A stretch of DNA of 27,439 nt, from positions 1-27,439 of IMG/VR virus record IMGVR_UViG_3300030090_002223; one strand, given 5' to 3'. Positions within the stretch are counted from its first letter, which is position 1, and the number at the start of each line of letters is the position of its first letter. This DNA comes from a virus (taxonomy: Duplodnaviria; Caudoviricetes). Positions 25,818 through 27,439 of the stretch are shown here, in pieces. Below the pieces are notes generated by a model. That model ran no database searches. It was not told the origin of the DNA and saw nothing but the letters and a program-made list of their open reading frames with translations. Position numbers and translations under genes: made by a program.

Positions 25818-26723
25818 TCATTTCGGTACACTCCTGTAATTGGTTTGTACTGTATTTGAATTTTTCTTTTGTCTTATGTATGGTGTTTTACAATCTCCGC
25901 ATCGTAGTACCGGGAACTTATTAGCTGTTGTAAAATATACGCTTGAGGTTGTTTCAAGATTATACGATCCGCAATTTGGGCATACATCATCATCTAATAA
26001 CACTCCTAAATTTGGATGATTTCTCATATATGGTCTTATTTCGAGATATAATTGCTCTAACCCTATTACATCATGTTTGTTGTAATCCATCATTTTATTT
26101 AATGCTTTGGGATCACCAGCCTCGCAATCAACCCACAACTTAAACTCTGTTTCTAGTTTGTTTTGTAGTTTAAAATATTTAGTAAGAAAGTCTTGCTTGT
26201 AAGATGGTGCGAAGAACTCCCTTTTAGATACTTTCAATGTATCTATTACCCGGTATGGAGTTGGCGGCATTAATCCAACAGATTTAAATCTCCAGTTTAA
26301 CTTTCTCAAATCAAACCTTTCTACATTGTGACCAATTACAATTTCAGCCTCATCTAGTAACTTCCACATGGATTTCAATATTCTTTTATCATCTCTTTCA
26401 AAAGCCTCTTCAGTTGTAACAATATCACCTTGAACATTTTTATCAAACAACCATTTAGCCGCCCAACTTAAACAGTATTGATGCTTTGTAATTTGATGAT
26501 GCTGTATATATTGTTTATATGTTCCCCAACCAATGAAATGATATAAACTTGTTTCAATATCCACTAAAAGAATCTTTGGTAAATCTGAATGTCTTTCCTC
26601 CTCTCTAGCACTAAATTGTTTACCACAATTTTTGCATCTATATCTTTGAGAAAAAGATTTATATTTACTGTATGAAATTCCTTTTTTAACTACGCTCCCA
26701 CTTCCGCAATGTGGACAGATCAT
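25818..26723 (-). CDS. DEDDy 3'-5' exonuclease (RNase H-like/YprB-type) with N- and C-terminal zinc ribbons
   Basis: VDIETS, IGHNVERFDL and YNKHDV motifs; CPHC..CKNC and CPNC..CGDC. Confidence 0.85.
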   Translation of the reverse strand: MICPHCGSGSVVKKGISYSKYKSFSQRYRCKNCGKQFSAREEERHSDLPKILLVDIETSLYHFIGWGTYKQYIQHHQITKHQYCLSWAAKWLFDKNVQGDIVTTEEAFERDDKRILKSMWKLLDEAEIVIGHNVERFDLRKLNWRFKSVGLMPPTPYRVIDTLKVSKREFFAPSYKQDFLTKYFKLQNKLETEFKLWVDCEAGDPKALNKMMDYNKHDVIGLEQLYLEIRPYMRNHPNLGVLLDDDVCPNCGSYNLETTSSVYFTTANKFPVLRCGDCKTPYIRQKKNSNTVQTNYRSVPK

Positions 26724-26974
26724 TAATTACCTCCGCAACTTGGACATTGTTTTATTTGTTTACCATAAGAAGGGAAATCTTCATAATAAACATAAGCACT
26801 AAAGGTTCCTCTAGCTTTATGGCTTTGATGTGCTTTAGTTCTATCCATCTCCCAGCATCTATTGCAATCACAGCAATATTTAATATTTCTATCAGCCTGT
26901 TTAGAATCGCAGTTAGTATCTTTTCTTTTTTTATATTTATCTTCTCTGATATTACCCCATTCCCAAACGTCCAT
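26723..26974 (-). CDS. Hypothetical zinc-binding protein (83 aa)
   Basis: Start reassigned to ATG 26974 after GGAGGAG; CDCNRCW and CPSC. Confidence 0.65.
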   Translation of the reverse strand: MDVWEWGNIREDKYKKRKDTNCDSKQADRNIKYCCDCNRCWEMDRTKAHQSHKARGTFSAYVYYEDFPSYGKQIKQCPSCGGN

Positions 26975-27439
26975 AAATCTCCTCCATGTTTTTAATTTCT
27001 TCCCTCTTATCAATCTTTGGATCATCCGGGAGTAACTCAACCCCACAACAATCACTTGATTGCCTTAATTGAAATTCACTAGGTAGTAATTTACCACCGC
27101 ACTTCATACACCAAGCCTTATACAATCCAGATGGTGTCTTTTGAAATACTTTCTTTGATGGCTTTGGTTTTGCCGGTTGCAAATCCTCAATCTCATCATT
27201 CCAACATTCTTGATTCAGCCATGTGGTAGGATGTTTGATATATGCTTTATCTCGCCCCTCCCATAACTTCTTCTGTTTGGTCAATGCTGACATGATGGTA
27301 GTATGATCTGTTTTCTTCATTGCTGACCTATAAGAACTTTCTGCTTTTGAACGACTTACCTTCTTATCATATAGGTTCCAAAATTCTTCAAATTGATCTA
27401 TATATATATTCTTTATATTCTTAACATTCTTGTTTAGTG
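26952..27439 (-). CDS. Replication initiator, C-terminal part
   Basis: FEEFWNLYDKKVSRSKAESSY...YIKHPTTWLNQECWNDE matches the common FW..YPKK...HP.TWLN..W.DE C-terminal domain; in frame with 444..1 across the junction. Confidence 0.85.
   Translation of the reverse strand, partial: LNKNVKNIKNIYIDQFEEFWNLYDKKVSRSKAESSYRSAMKKTDHTTIMSALTKQKKLWEGRDKAYIKHPTTWLNQECWNDEIEDLQPAKPKPSKKVFQKTPSGLYKAWCMKCGGKLLPSEFQLRQSSDCCGVELLPDDPKIDKREEIKNMEEIYGRLGMG
27361..27439. repeat. 79-bp terminal direct repeat, copy 2
   Basis: Identical to 2-80. Confidence 0.95.

Larger units (their letters stand above)
1..27439 (-). mobile_element. Complete or near-complete circularly assembled tailed bacteriophage genome (siphovirus-like)
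   Basis: Terminase, portal, capsid, tail, lysis and replication genes are all present on one strand; the ends overlap and a gene reads in frame across the junction. Confidence 0.95.

Noticed and set aside
26610-26723. IS1-family transposase (InsA-like zinc ribbon)
   Set aside because: Fused in frame to an exonuclease; no DDE transposase, terminal inverted repeats or target duplication seen
71-26995. All + strand ORFs in the track, and alternate-frame minus ORFs such as 12614..12805, 12805..13125, 13213..13440, 21667..21855 and 23249..23458
   Set aside because: They are shadows of well-supported, tightly coupled minus-strand genes and show no recognisable motifs
1-27439. Alternative genetic code (stop-codon reassignment)
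   Set aside because: Core genes are full length under code 11, coding density is high, and TAA, TGA and TAG all end genes

Overview
The window is an essentially complete, circularly assembled ~27.36-kb tailed-phage genome (AT-rich, siphovirus-type); bases 2-80 are repeated exactly at 27361-27439. All credible genes lie on the minus strand, mostly coupled by ATGA/TAATG overlaps, in two apparent units. The early/replication unit starts at a sigma70-like promoter near 3059 and runs across the contig junction: small hypotheticals, SSB-like, NinG-like nuclease, replication initiator with internal iterons, DEDDy exonuclease, sigma-region-4-like HTH, PD-(D/E)XK-like nuclease. The late unit (~24560 to 3103) encodes TerS, three very basic miniproteins, TerL, portal, head genes, a 1371-aa multi-LamG protein, a lysis cassette with a mini-MscS-like protein, and tail genes with a G/GT -1 frameshift, ending at an intrinsic terminator. 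No integrase, repressor, polymerase, helicase, tRNA or CRISPR was recognised. The most unusual signals are non-coding: a switch-like structured early leader (2913-3025), a 13-bp inverted repeat marking both ends of the late unit, a ~130-nt multi-stem element (25688-25817), and apparent avoidance of CCWGG/GCWGC/GGWCC. All protein calls come from motif recognition and gene order by eye; no searches were run.
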